A stretch of DNA of 64,000 nt from contig CAVUQX010000005.1 in assembly GCA_963743835.1 (NCBI GenBank), forward strand, positions 347,959 to 411,958, in the 5' to 3' direction. Of the stretch, positions 49,450 through 59,691 are shown piece by piece. The notes beneath the pieces were generated by a model, which saw only the letters and a program-made list of their open reading frames with translations, did no database searches and had not been told where the DNA came from. The position numbers and the translations under genes are program-made. Origin of the DNA: Candidatus Dormiibacterota bacterium (GTDB lineage Bacteria; Chloroflexota; Dormibacteria; Aeolococcales; Aeolococcaceae). Within the stretch, counting starts at the first letter, position 1; each line of letters starts with the position of its first letter.

Positions 49450-50718
49450 ATGTCGACCTCAGACGCCGGGGAGCCAGCCACCGAACCGGTCCGGCTGGCG
49501 CTCACCGGGATCATCCACAGCCCCCTCGTCGATCGAGCTGGGGGCAGGCTCGGCCGTGTGGACGACATCATTGCCCGATTCGCTGAGGGCGGCTATCCGC
49601 CGGTCACCGGCCTGGTCGGACGCATCGCCGGCCGGCGGCTCTTCATTCCCCGAGACCGGATCGCCGACATGAAACCGGGAAGGGTGCAGCTCGCCGGAGA
49701 GGATCTCAACCTCGCCCACTTCGAGCGACGCCAGGGAGAGGTGCTCCTCGGTGACGACGTGCTCGGGCGCCGGCTCATCAGCGTGGACGCGGGCCGGCTC
49801 GTGGTCGCGCACGACATCGAGCTGCGCTCCCAGGACGGGAAGTGGGTCGTCGCGGGCGTCGACACCCGCCCGCGAGGTCTGCGCGGGCGCCTTCTCGGCG
49901 GGCGTTCGGACAATCCCGGATTCGTGGACTGGGCAGCGGTCGAGCCCTTCGTGGGCCACGTTCCCAGCTCGCGATTGCTCATGCCACTCCGTCGCCTCCG
50001 ACGCCTTCATCCCGCGCAGATCGCCGATCTCGTCGAAGCTGCATCGCACGACGAGGGTGAAGAGATCATCTCGGCGGTGCATGGCGATCCAGAGCTCGAG
50101 GCCGACGTCTTCGAGGAGTTGAACACCGAGCATCAGGTGGAGTTTCTCCGCGACAAGTCGGACGCCGAGGCCGCCGCGGTGCTCGCCGAGATGGGGCCCG
50201 ACGATGCGGCCGACCTGGTCACCGAGCTGGACCAGCCGCGACGTGCGCCGATTCTTTCGCTGCTCCCACCGACGCAGCAGGCCAAGGTCCGAGCGCTGCT
50301 CAGCTATGGGCAGAGCAGCGCCGGCGGACTCATGAGCCCGGACTTCGTGTCGGTCACTTCCGATGCGACCGTGTCCGCCGCGGTCGCCGCGGTCTGCGCG
50401 GCCGATGTTGTCCCTCAGGTCGCCGCCGATGTGTTCCTGCTCGACGATGGCCACCTCGCCGGCTCGGTGCCGCTCATCGAGCTGCTTCGCGCCGATGGTG
50501 CGATGCGCATCTCGGAGCTTGTGGAGCACAGCAATGCATCCGTGCACGTCGATGATGATTTCCCAGAGGTGGCGCGCCGAATGGCCGACTTCAACCTCAC
50601 CGTCGTTGCAGTCCTCGATGACGACGACCGGGTCATCGGCGTCATCACTGTCGACGATGTGCTCGAGGCGATGCTGCCCAACTCGTGGCGACGCCGCGCG
50701 GAGGCCGACGGGGACTGA
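49450..50718 (+). CDS. PRC-barrel + MgtE-N + CBS-pair cytoplasmic protein (no pore domain)
   Basis: Acidic MgtE_N-like helical region followed by two CBS-like segments (VVAVLDDDDRVIGVITVDDVLEAM). Confidence 0.55.
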   Translation: MSTSDAGEPATEPVRLALTGIIHSPLVDRAGGRLGRVDDIIARFAEGGYPPVTGLVGRIAGRRLFIPRDRIADMKPGRVQLAGEDLNLAHFERRQGEVLLGDDVLGRRLISVDAGRLVVAHDIELRSQDGKWVVAGVDTRPRGLRGRLLGGRSDNPGFVDWAAVEPFVGHVPSSRLLMPLRRLRRLHPAQIADLVEAASHDEGEEIISAVHGDPELEADVFEELNTEHQVEFLRDKSDAEAAAVLAEMGPDDAADLVTELDQPRRAPILSLLPPTQQAKVRALLSYGQSSAGGLMSPDFVSVTSDATVSAAVAAVCAADVVPQVAADVFLLDDGHLAGSVPLIELLRADGAMRISELVEHSNASVHVDDDFPEVARRMADFNLTVVAVLDDDDRVIGVITVDDVLEAMLPNSWRRRAEADGD

Positions 50719-50898
50719 GCTCGCGCCTCGGGGTCGAGCGCGGGTTGTACACTCCAGGGACATCAACCACGTTGTTTGGGGTGTATTCAGCAGCACATGG
50801 ACGGCGGCGACAGTCCCCAGTCCCGGCAACACACGGGCCGGCCCGCCTCGAGGTAGCGACCTACTCGTGACCTCCTGAGCCGACGGGCCCGCTCAGTC

Positions 50899-52587
50899 TT
50901 GCCGTCATCGACGGTGGGAGGTCCGAAATTGGCCAAGGAGAAAGCTCGCAAGGCGGCTGCCGGGGCGGCGCGCGCCACGGCAGTGTCGAATGACGCCCAT
51001 CACGGCGACATCCGCGGCGCGTTCGGGACCATCGGCGAGCACGACCCCTCGGGAGCGCGCACGTGGCGACGGCGGCTCCTGGCGCTCGCGGTGATCATTG
51101 GCCCGGGACTGATCGTGATGGTCGGGGACAACGACGCAGGCGGCGTCTCGACCTATGCGGCCGCCGGACAGGACTTCGGGACAAGCCTGCTCTGGACGCT
51201 GCTCCTGCTGATCCCGGTGCTCATCGTCAACCAGGAGATGGTGGTTCGCCTGGGCGCCGTTTCCGGCGTCGGACATGGACGCCTCATCTTCGAGCGGTTC
51301 GGCAAGGCCTGGGGTCGCTTCGCGGTCAGCGATCTGTTCGTGCTCAACTTTCTCACGATCGCGACGGAGTTCATCGGCATATCGCTGGGCGCTCAATATT
51401 TCGGAGTACCGGCGTGGGTCGCGGTGCCACTCGCCGGTTTGCTGCTCGTCGGCATCACCGTGACCGGACGCTTCGAAACGTGGGAGCGGCTGATGTTCAT
51501 CATCCTTTTCGGCAACCTGCTGTGCATCCCGTTGATGTTTCTCTGTCATCCGACCCTGGGTCCGGTGCTTCAGCACTTCGTCACCCCAGGCGTGCAGGGT
51601 GGGTTCAAATCCGATGGAGTGCTGCTCATCGTCGCCATCGTCGGGACCACCATCACGCCGTGGCAGCTGTTCTTCCAGCAATCGAACGTCGTCGACAAGC
51701 GCATCACTCCTCGGTGGATCCCGTACGAGCGCGCGGATACGGCCATCGGCGCACTCATCGTCGTCATCGGCGCCAGCGCGATCATGATTGCCACGGCATT
51801 CGCGTTCAGTCACAACGGGACTGGGGCGGGGAACGCGAATGCATTCACCAACGCTTACGACCTCGCCAAAGGTCTGGCGTCGCACGCCGGCCCGGCGGTG
51901 GGTGCGATCTTCTCGATCCTGCTGATCGATGCCTCCATCGTCGGAGCGAGTGCCGTGACGCTCTCGACCTCCTACGCGTTCGGTGACACATTCGGCATCA
52001 GAAATTCCCTGCACAGGTCGTGGCGCGAGGCGCGCCAGTTCTACGCGATGTTCACGGGACTGGTCGTTCTGGCAGCTGCATTCGTTCTCATCCCCGGCGT
52101 TCCCCTCGGGCTGGTGACGACTGCAGTGCAAGCTCTGGCGGGCGTCATGTTGCCGAGCGCGTGTCTGTTTCTCCTCTTCCTGTGCAACGACCGGGACGTG
52201 CTCGGGCCCTGGGTCAATCGGCCGTGGTTCAACCTGCTGGCGTCGCTGATCCTGGGCGTGCTGCTGATCCTCTCGGTCATCCTTGTGGTATCGACGATCT
52301 TTCCGACCATTGACGTCGCGCGTCTGTTCCTGATCCTCGCTGCTGTCATGATCGTCGGCTTGCTGTTCGCCATCGCCATCAATGTTCGAGCCCGTAGAGC
52401 GATGCCGCCGGATCCTCGAATGCAGGAGGAGCGCGAGACCTGGCGCATGCCATCACTGGCGCTGCTCAATCAACCCGCCAAGTCGCGCGGCCGATTCATC
52501 GCTCTCTGCACGGTGCGCGGTTACGCGATCATCGCGATGGTGAGCCTGCTCATCAAGACGATCCTCGCCTCCCACGGCGGGCACTAG
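50899..52587 (+). CDS. mntH: NRAMP-family divalent metal (Mn2+/Fe2+) transporter
   Basis: NRAMP motifs GPGLIVMVGDNDAGGVSTY and MVVRLGAVSGVG; 11-12 TM helices. Confidence 0.8.
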   Translation: MPSSTVGGPKLAKEKARKAAAGAARATAVSNDAHHGDIRGAFGTIGEHDPSGARTWRRRLLALAVIIGPGLIVMVGDNDAGGVSTYAAAGQDFGTSLLWTLLLLIPVLIVNQEMVVRLGAVSGVGHGRLIFERFGKAWGRFAVSDLFVLNFLTIATEFIGISLGAQYFGVPAWVAVPLAGLLLVGITVTGRFETWERLMFIILFGNLLCIPLMFLCHPTLGPVLQHFVTPGVQGGFKSDGVLLIVAIVGTTITPWQLFFQQSNVVDKRITPRWIPYERADTAIGALIVVIGASAIMIATAFAFSHNGTGAGNANAFTNAYDLAKGLASHAGPAVGAIFSILLIDASIVGASAVTLSTSYAFGDTFGIRNSLHRSWREARQFYAMFTGLVVLAAAFVLIPGVPLGLVTTAVQALAGVMLPSACLFLLFLCNDRDVLGPWVNRPWFNLLASLILGVLLILSVILVVSTIFPTIDVARLFLILAAVMIVGLLFAIAINVRARRAMPPDPRMQEERETWRMPSLALLNQPAKSRGRFIALCTVRGYAIIAMVSLLIKTILASHGGH

Positions 52588-53438
52588 GTCGGCTTCGGTA
52601 CCGCCGCAAACGGCGTGACGCAGGGGCGACCGGGCGCGTGCTCGTACACAAGGTGGCCGCTCCCCGCGACAACTGTCGACGCCGAAACGGTGCCGTAGAC
52701 GTCGCCATGGATGCACGCGGCGTGCACCGGTGAGTCACCTGCCGAGGTGTGATCGGCAAGCATGGCGCGCAGTCCCGCGATCACCTCGCCGGAACCGTCG
52801 CCATCCGCCAGGACACGTCGCATGCCGTCGCTCAGCATCGCCACCTTCGGGTTCTTCGCGTCGTCCACATCGCGTGTGGTGAGCACATGCGGGCCGGGGG
52901 CGAGCTCGACCACGCGTACCGGGCCCGAGTCGTCCACGTGCGCCACCAGCGCCCGGTCCTCGTCCACCCAGAGCACGTTGACCGGGTTGTAGCGGCCGGG
53001 CCCAAGCTCGCGCAGCCCCGCTGCGACATCCGCACGGCCGGCGGTCAGCAACGCGACCGGGATCTCCCCTCGCGACCGGCGCGTGGGATTCGGCGGGACC
53101 GGCGGGCCGTCCTCGGGATGGCGGTTGGTCACCGCGCAGATGGCGCCGTCCGCCGATACGGCGAGCCAGGTTCCGCCGGCCACCAGGTCGCGACCGCCGA
53201 CGATCAGCGGGCTCTCGCTGAGGACGCCCGGCGGCGCACTGGGGCGGGCAATGAGCTCATCGCGATTCGCCGCCAGCACGATCGGCGCCGTCGCGGCGCA
53301 TCTCCAGGCGAGGAGGATCGTGCACACCGGGCGAATCGTATGCGGAGGGCCCACGCCGGTGTGAACACTGTGAACGGGGGCTCGCGACGCCGTGACGAGA
53401 CACCGACTTCCATCTTGGCAGGCAGGTATTAAGACCAC
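52584..53438 (-). CDS. NRDE-family (DUF833/TANGO2-like) protein
   Basis: CTILLAW...VLAANRDE signature. Confidence 0.65.
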   Translation of the reverse strand: MVLIPACQDGSRCLVTASRAPVHSVHTGVGPPHTIRPVCTILLAWRCAATAPIVLAANRDELIARPSAPPGVLSESPLIVGGRDLVAGGTWLAVSADGAICAVTNRHPEDGPPVPPNPTRRSRGEIPVALLTAGRADVAAGLRELGPGRYNPVNVLWVDEDRALVAHVDDSGPVRVVELAPGPHVLTTRDVDDAKNPKVAMLSDGMRRVLADGDGSGEVIAGLRAMLADHTSAGDSPVHAACIHGDVYGTVSASTVVAGSGHLVYEHAPGRPCVTPFAAVPKPT

Positions 53439-53453
53439 AGTTGGATCACGTCA

Positions 53454-54197
53454 ATGAATGCAAACGTCATTCGCAAGCAGACGCGTCAGAGGCGCCCCAG
53501 AGGCCGCGCAGCGCTCGCGCTCCTTCCTGGTGTGTTCGCACTCATGCTCGTGGGGGTCTCAAGCGTCGCGGCGTCCATCCCGGCGCAGACCCAGACGCGC
53601 ACGGCTGCCGCGGCAAAATCCCATTCGAAGCAGTGCTGGCACGGCACCAACCCCGACGGGACGTGCTGCCCTAAGAGCGGCTGTCCCACGCCACCCGCGT
53701 CACCAACATCCTCGCCGACATTGACCCCGAGTCCCAGCCCAAGTCCGTCCGGCGGTGGCAACAACGGGAACGGCGGCGGTCCGACGCCGAACCCGACCGC
53801 CACCGCAACAAGCACTCCGGCGCCCACCACGACCCCGGCGCCGACGCCGACATCCAAGCCGGTGACCAGCGGAGGATCGGGTGGCGGCCATTCGACCGGA
53901 GGCGGCTCCACCGTCGGCGTCTCCCGGGGGTCCGCCGCTGATACCGACGTCACGCACGTCCAGCCTCAGGTCGATCCGACGCCGTTCGCGCCCCTCACCA
54001 GCGCTGTGACCGTCGTTACTTCGGGTCAGGGCCTCGACGCTGCCCGGATCCCACCCGTCGAAGCGCTCACGCCGCTGAGCGGCCTCGAGTTCGGCAGCGG
54101 CCTGAACCTCGGGCCGATCCTCCTTCTCATCGACATGATCGGGATCGGTCTTCTCGCCTACCTGGTTCGGACCCGCTGGCTCGCTCCCGAGGGCTGA
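53454..54197 (+). CDS. secreted Pro/Thr/Gly-rich protein with a C-terminal TM anchor
   Basis: Signal peptide, CCPKSGC motif, PT/G-rich repeats, C-terminal hydrophobic helix. Confidence 0.45.
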   Translation: MNANVIRKQTRQRRPRGRAALALLPGVFALMLVGVSSVAASIPAQTQTRTAAAAKSHSKQCWHGTNPDGTCCPKSGCPTPPASPTSSPTLTPSPSPSPSGGGNNGNGGGPTPNPTATATSTPAPTTTPAPTPTSKPVTSGGSGGGHSTGGGSTVGVSRGSAADTDVTHVQPQVDPTPFAPLTSAVTVVTSGQGLDAARIPPVEALTPLSGLEFGSGLNLGPILLLIDMIGIGLLAYLVRTRWLAPEG

Positions 54198-54952
54198 GCC
54201 ACCGCGACCGGGCCCGCGCCCTCGCCGATATCCACCAGCCCATTGGCGATCGCAGCCGCCGTTACCGCGGCGGCGCGGCGGGCGGCCTCCGAGAGCGGCG
54301 TTCCCTTTGCGAGCTCGGCGGCCAGGGTTGCCGAGTGCGTGCATCCGGTGCCGTGGGTCGCGGTTCCGTCGATCCACGTGGTCGGGATCTCGACGTGTTC
54401 GGTCCCGTCGAAGAGCAGGTCTGAGCCCATGCCGTCGCCATCGGTGATGACGACCGCGCCGGCGCCACGGGCGACGATCCGCTCGGCCAGCGCTCGGCGG
54501 TCACCGTCGGCGCCCGCGAGCACCCGGGCTTCGGCGAGGTTGGGTGTCACCACAGTCGCCAGGGGGAGCAGGGAGCCGATCAGCACCTCGATCGCGTCCG
54601 GCGCCAGCAGGGTCGACCCGGTGCTGGCGCGGAGGACGGGATCGACCACGAGCGGCGTGGGGTGGGCTCGGAGAAAGTCCGCCACCGCCGCGATGATCTC
54701 GGCCGACAGCAGTGCTCCGGTCTTGGCGGCATCGACCCCGATATCGTCGTAGACGGCTTCGAGCTGCGCGGTGATGATCCAGCCGGGCAGCGCGTGGGTG
54801 GCCAGGACTGCGGTGGTGTTCTGCGCCGTGACCCCGACGATCGCGGTCATGCCATGGCAGCCCGCGGCAGCGAATGCCTTGAGGTCGGCCTGGATCCCGG
54901 CCCCACCGCCGGAATCGGATGTTGCGATCGACAGGCAGCGCGGCGATGTCAC
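54158..54952 (-). CDS. thiD: hydroxymethylpyrimidine/phosphomethylpyrimidine kinase
   Basis: [20 protein letters not shown]-terminal signature. Confidence 0.85.
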   Translation of the reverse strand: MTSPRCLSIATSDSGGGAGIQADLKAFAAAGCHGMTAIVGVTAQNTTAVLATHALPGWIITAQLEAVYDDIGVDAAKTGALLSAEIIAAVADFLRAHPTPLVVDPVLRASTGSTLLAPDAIEVLIGSLLPLATVVTPNLAEARVLAGADGDRRALAERIVARGAGAVVITDGDGMGSDLLFDGTEHVEIPTTWIDGTATHGTGCTHSATLAAELAKGTPLSEAARRAAAVTAAAIANGLVDIGEGAGPVAVAQPSGASQRVRTR

Positions 54953-54983
54953 CGGCCCATCGTAGTTGTAGGGGGGTGCGCCC

Positions 54984-56837
54984 TCAGCTGGCGACCTGGT
55001 GCACCGGGTCGGGCGTCCGCGCGATCACCGGGGTGCGCGCGGCCTCGTCGAATACCACGAAGCGATTCTTGCCCTGACGCTTGGCGAGGTACATGGCCAT
55101 GTCCGCACGGCGCATCAGCTCCTCTGGCTCGGGCGCATCAGCCGCATCCTCGACGACGGCGACGCCGACGCTCGCGCCGATGGTGATCATCGCGTCGCCC
55201 ATCGGGATCGGCCGCCGCAGTGTGTCGATGATCCGCCCGGCAACCACGGCCGCATCGCTGAAGTGACGCATCCCATCGAGGAGCATGCCGAACTCGTCGC
55301 CGCCGAGGCGTGCGGCGAGGTCGAGCTTGCGGACCTGCACGCGGAGGCGCGCGGCGACTGCGCTGAGGACGCGATCACCCACCGCGTGCCCGAAGTTGTC
55401 GTTGATCTCCTTGAAACCGTCGAGGTCGATGAACATCACGGCGACCGGCCGCTGCGAGCTGGCGAGCTGCGACAGCGAGGTTGCAACCGTCTCGATGAAG
55501 AGCGAGCGGTTGGCAATCTGGGTGAGCGGGTCGTAGAAGGCGCGGCGCGCCAACTCGGCCTTCTCGACCGACATCGCCTTGATCGCCTCGGCGAGCTGGC
55601 CGTTCTCGAGCGCGACGCTGATAAGCCCGGCGACGGTGCTGAGCAGGTTCTGTTCGTGTGTTCCGAACTTCACACCCCGGGTCGGATTGAGCAGCAACAG
55701 CATGCCCTGCGGGCCCTCGATGCCGCGCAGCACCACGACGGTGCCGGCATCGGCGGAGCGTTCCGCGAGTGCCAGCCCGAGGGACTGGTCCCGCTCCATC
55801 GACCCGGTCATGATCGCGCTGGTGCGCAGCTCGTTGAGGACTTCCTGCTCGGCGAAGGTCAGATCGGACGTTGTGGCCTGCGCGTGCTCGTCGTCGCCGG
55901 TGGAGCTGAACCGGACTGCAGGCCCACGCGTCTCCGGGATCACGACCAGCTCGGCGCGCTCGACCCCGAACATCTTGGTGATGCCGTTCAACAGCTCCCC
56001 CGCCCGCTCGCCGACCTGGCGTGTCGAGTGCAGGATCTCGGTGGTGCGATAGAGGAACTCGTTGCGGTCTGCACGACGCTGGCTCTCGCCGGCGGCAATC
56101 TGTCCGGCGAGCACGAGGATCACCGGTGGAACCAGTGCGAAAGCCAGGACGGGCCGTGTCGACAGGATCATCAGCGCCACCACGCCGAGCGACGCATTGG
56201 TGGTAGTCGCGATGAGCTGGAACAGGTATGCACGCGCTACCTCGCCGATGTTGAGCCGGCCCTGCGCGATGGTGGTGCCGGCATTCAGCGCAATCGGATA
56301 CACGAACCAACCGGCCGCGATCATCGCCGCGGCGAAGGCGACGATGCTGTGTACCGCAAGGGGATCGGAGGGCACCGGGCCGACTGCGTTGAAGACGAGG
56401 ACGGCCACCCCGATGTACACGACGTCGAGTGCCGCGTTGGCGAAATCCTTGATCCAGCGGATACGACGCTGCCGGGTCCAGCTGGCGAGCAGGACACCGA
56501 CCACGTAGCACGCGAGCAGCTGATGCGGGTCGACCAGGAACAGGCCGATCGCAACCGGGATCTCGGTGAGCGAGAGCGTGGAGACCTCGCGATGGACGCG
56601 CACCTGCACGAAGAGCAGGCTGGTCACGTAGCAGATCGGCAGCTCCACCCACCAGGGGATCGCCCCCATGACCGTGACCCGGTGGACATCGTGCAGCGGC
56701 AGCAACCAGAGTGCGGCGCCGATCAGCCCAAGGAAAGCAGAGAAGACGACCAGTCGCTGGGGACCGTTGAGCCGCCCGATCCGGGCACGCGCCCGTGCCA
56801 TGAGAACCGGTGGATGCGCCACCGACATCTCACTCAT
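54984..56837 (-). CDS. membrane sensor + GAF + GGDEF diguanylate cyclase
   Basis: 6-7 TM N-terminal domain; GGDEF active site RLGGDEF; DxLT region. Confidence 0.85.
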   Translation of the reverse strand: MSEMSVAHPPVLMARARARIGRLNGPQRLVVFSAFLGLIGAALWLLPLHDVHRVTVMGAIPWWVELPICYVTSLLFVQVRVHREVSTLSLTEIPVAIGLFLVDPHQLLACYVVGVLLASWTRQRRIRWIKDFANAALDVVYIGVAVLVFNAVGPVPSDPLAVHSIVAFAAAMIAAGWFVYPIALNAGTTIAQGRLNIGEVARAYLFQLIATTTNASLGVVALMILSTRPVLAFALVPPVILVLAGQIAAGESQRRADRNEFLYRTTEILHSTRQVGERAGELLNGITKMFGVERAELVVIPETRGPAVRFSSTGDDEHAQATTSDLTFAEQEVLNELRTSAIMTGSMERDQSLGLALAERSADAGTVVVLRGIEGPQGMLLLLNPTRGVKFGTHEQNLLSTVAGLISVALENGQLAEAIKAMSVEKAELARRAFYDPLTQIANRSLFIETVATSLSQLASSQRPVAVMFIDLDGFKEINDNFGHAVGDRVLSAVAARLRVQVRKLDLAARLGGDEFGMLLDGMRHFSDAAVVAGRIIDTLRRPIPMGDAMITIGASVGVAVVEDAADAPEPEELMRRADMAMYLAKRQGKNRFVVFDEAARTPVIARTPDPVHQVAS

Positions 56838-57056
56838 GTCACGTCACGACGCGGCTGTCCCCTGAGCACTTGCGAACGACCTCCTGTCAGAACATCGGTC
56901 CGTCCCCCTAGACCGGCGGCTCGATTGTGTCGCGACATCCCGCTGCGTCAGTCCACGGGAGCGTCACAGCGTGGTAACGACCCCGGAACAGCAATGTCAG
57001 ACCTGAATTGGGGTTTGGTCCGCGTGCGGTCCGATGCTGTCACATAGCCTCGTGAC

Positions 57057-57527
57057 ATGACCATCACAGACGACCGCGCAACCACCCCGACACCGGCTGC
57101 AGCACCGCCGTCGTACGTCCGCCGTCACCCCATCCTCGCCGCCTTTGGCGTCCTTTCAGGGTTGTCCCTGTTCTCCGCGCTCTGGCCGCTGAGCGCGATC
57201 GTGGTCGGCGTCGCCGTCGCGGGTCACGCGACCGGCCTGGATCGCGCCGCTCTGCACCTCGCGGAACGCCTCGGCGTTCGCATCTGGTCATCCATGCACC
57301 ACCGCGCTCGCCCCGAACCGACACCGGCCGCACCGACACCTACGGCGCCGGTCGGGCCGGATCCTTCAGCCCCGCGCCACGAGGCGCATCCGCCCGCGGC
57401 GCCATCGGTACGATCGCAGCGCGCGCCGCACCCGCATGCGCCCACCACCCACCGGCACGAACCCGTACGCCGCCCCAGAACGGTGGAGCGCCACGCCGGC
57501 GCTAAGATCGACGGCCCTGGGCTCTGA
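57057..57527 (+). CDS. hypothetical membrane protein with a Pro-rich tail
   Basis: 2 hydrophobic helices then a PAAPTPTAPVGP tail. Confidence 0.35.
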   Translation: MTITDDRATTPTPAAAPPSYVRRHPILAAFGVLSGLSLFSALWPLSAIVVGVAVAGHATGLDRAALHLAERLGVRIWSSMHHRARPEPTPAAPTPTAPVGPDPSAPRHEAHPPAAPSVRSQRAPHPHAPTTHRHEPVRRPRTVERHAGAKIDGPGL

Positions 57528-57542
57528 GCCCTGGGCCGAAGG

Positions 57543-58976
57543 TCAGCCCAGCCGGGCGCGCGCCTCACCGAGACGTTGCAGCGATTTCTCGGGACCGAGA
57601 AACTCCATGGCTTCGATCACGGGCAGCCCGGCGGCGGTGCCGAGGACGGCGACATAGAGGACGCGGAACGCATCGCGGGGCTTCACGCCCCGGGTTTCGG
57701 CAACGGCGCGAAGCCGCTCGAGGAGCGTGTCGTGGTCCGCGAGGGCACCCGCCTCGATGGCCTCGATAGCGGCATCGATCATCGCCACGGCGGTCGCCTG
57801 GTCGACCTTCTTCGGCGGGAATTCGACGCTCGCGTCGAGCGTGACCTCGCCGAGCAGCGGTGCGCAGAGGCGGGTCGCATCGGCCAGGGTCACCATCCGC
57901 TCGCGGAGCAGCGGGATGAGCTGTCGCCGCGTTTCCTTGCTCGTTCCCGGAAGGTGAAACTCGAGCGCCTCGACGAGGTCGTCGGTGCTCATGCGCCGGA
58001 TGTGGATGCCATTCAGATCGTCGAGTCGCTTCGGGTCGAAGATCGCCGCAGCGGAGTTGACGCGCTCGAGCGTGAAGCGCTCGCAGAGCTCCTCGGGTGT
58101 GAAGACCTCCTGCTCGTCACCCGATGACCACCCGAGCAGCGCGATGGCGTTGACGATCGCCGACGGCAGGTAGCCGAGCTCACCGTACTCGAGGACGTTG
58201 CGTGCGCCACGGCGCTTGCTGAGCTTCTGATGGTCCGGTCCGAGCACCGCCGGAACGTGCGCGAAGCGCGGGGCAGTCCAGCCGAATGCCGCATACAGCG
58301 CAAGGTGTTTCGGGGTCGATGGGATCCACTCGTCGGAGCGGATCACATGACTGATCTCCATCAGATGATCGTCGACGACAACCGCGAGGTGGTACGTCGG
58401 AAACCCGTCCGATTTGAGGAGGACCTGGTCGTCGATGTCCGAGTTGTTGAAGCTCACGTGGCCGCGAACGTCGTCGTCCCATTCCGTGACCCCATCCGGC
58501 ATGAGCAGCCGCACCACTGCGGGCATTCCGTTCGCGCGTTCCTGCGCGACCTCGGCCTGACGGGTCAGACAGCGCCGGTCATAGCGCGTCGGTTCCGACC
58601 GTGCGCGCTGCGCATCGCGCATCGCCGCGAGCCGGGCAGGGGTGCACGTGCACCAGTACGCATTGCCGTCGGCGACGAGCCTGTCGGCGTGCTCGCGATA
58701 GATGGCGATGCGCAACGACTGGATGTACGGGTCGTGGGGACCGCCGACCTCGGGGCCCTCACTCCAGTTGAGCCCCAGCCAGCTCAGCGTTTCGAGGATG
58801 AGCGCCTCGGTTCCGGGGATGTAGCGCTCCTGGTCGGTGTCCTCGATGCGCAGGATGAAGTCCCCGCCCGCATGACATGCGGCGAGCCATGCGAACAAGG
58901 CCGTCCGAACGGAGCCGAAATGCAGCGCACCGGTTGGTGATGGCGCGAAACGGGTGCGAACCCGCGCGTCCGGCAC
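57543..58976 (-). CDS. gltX: glutamate--tRNA ligase
   Basis: HIGH-class motif (PSPTGALHFG) and KMSKS-like KLSKR. Confidence 0.9.
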   Translation of the reverse strand: MPDARVRTRFAPSPTGALHFGSVRTALFAWLAACHAGGDFILRIEDTDQERYIPGTEALILETLSWLGLNWSEGPEVGGPHDPYIQSLRIAIYREHADRLVADGNAYWCTCTPARLAAMRDAQRARSEPTRYDRRCLTRQAEVAQERANGMPAVVRLLMPDGVTEWDDDVRGHVSFNNSDIDDQVLLKSDGFPTYHLAVVVDDHLMEISHVIRSDEWIPSTPKHLALYAAFGWTAPRFAHVPAVLGPDHQKLSKRRGARNVLEYGELGYLPSAIVNAIALLGWSSGDEQEVFTPEELCERFTLERVNSAAAIFDPKRLDDLNGIHIRRMSTDDLVEALEFHLPGTSKETRRQLIPLLRERMVTLADATRLCAPLLGEVTLDASVEFPPKKVDQATAVAMIDAAIEAIEAGALADHDTLLERLRAVAETRGVKPRDAFRVLYVAVLGTAAGLPVIEAMEFLGPEKSLQRLGEARARLG

Positions 58977-58986
58977 TAGGACAAAC

Positions 58987-59445
58987 TCAGCGCGGCGCGA
59001 AGAGCACGAGTGTCAGGATGGTCCACGCCAGCAACCCGACGATGAGCATCGGCGCGTCGAGGTTGGAGACCACGACGGCCATGACGCGTGGCGAGCCCCC
59101 GCCACCGGTCGATGTGGCCGCGTCGCCGACCCGAACCACGCCCGGGGGCTTGCCGACGTCGGCCATTCCCCACGGCGGAGGCGGAGCCAGTGGGGTGCCG
59201 CGCGGTGTGACATGCACCTCCTCGTCCTGACGCCGCAACCGCTCCTCGTAGAGGATGCCCACGATGAGGAACGTGCCGAGCCCACCCGTCGCCAGGCCCA
59301 TCAGGATGAGGATGATGCCGAGCGCCGTGTTGAGATAGTCGTTGTAGACGTGGCCCCCGAGCAGGTCGAGGACGCCCCCGACGATGAGCGCAGCGGCCAC
59401 GAGGCCGAAGCCCAGGGTCTTGCCGGCGATCTCGCGGATTGGCAT
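58987..59445 (-). CDS. membrane protein
   Basis: 3-4 TM helices; start at MPIREIAGK. Confidence 0.4.
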   Translation of the reverse strand: MPIREIAGKTLGFGLVAAALIVGGVLDLLGGHVYNDYLNTALGIILILMGLATGGLGTFLIVGILYEERLRRQDEEVHVTPRGTPLAPPPPWGMADVGKPPGVVRVGDAATSTGGGGSPRVMAVVVSNLDAPMLIVGLLAWTILTLVLFAPR

Positions 59446-59512
59446 GCCGCGAGTATACCGGCGCGCTGAGTACGCCTCGCGACCGGTGACCGAACCTAAG
59501 ATTGGCGGTCGC

Positions 59513-59584
59513 GCCCGCATCGTCTAGCGGTCAGGACACCACCCTTTCAAGGTGGTAACCGGGGTTCAACTCCCCGTGCGGGTA
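59513..59584 (+). tRNA. tRNA-Glu (anticodon UUC)
   Basis: Manually folded: acceptor GCCCGCA/TGCGGGT, D-arm GTCT-AGCGGTCA-GGAC, anticodon stem CCACC/GGTGG with loop CTTTCAA, T-arm CGGGG-TTCAACT-CCCCG; CCA not encoded. Confidence 0.8.
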
Positions 59585-59691
59585 GCTGACCTGTTCTATG
59601 GTCAGTTCCAAGGGTTCGAGGAACGCGTATCAGTCACAGGCGACGACGTAGCGCTGGGCGTGCCAGCGTGTAAGTCATGCCAGCGTGTAAG

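Noticed and set aside
50719-50898. Possible Mn (yybP-ykoY) or Mg (M-box) riboswitch in the mntH leader
   Set aside because: No recognisable conserved riboswitch core could be found by eye; mentioned only as a hypothesis to test with Rfam.
59461-59520. Possible att site or integrase next to tRNA-Glu(UUC)
   Set aside because: No integrase, recombinase or direct repeat of the tRNA 3' end found nearby; the flanking genes are ordinary.
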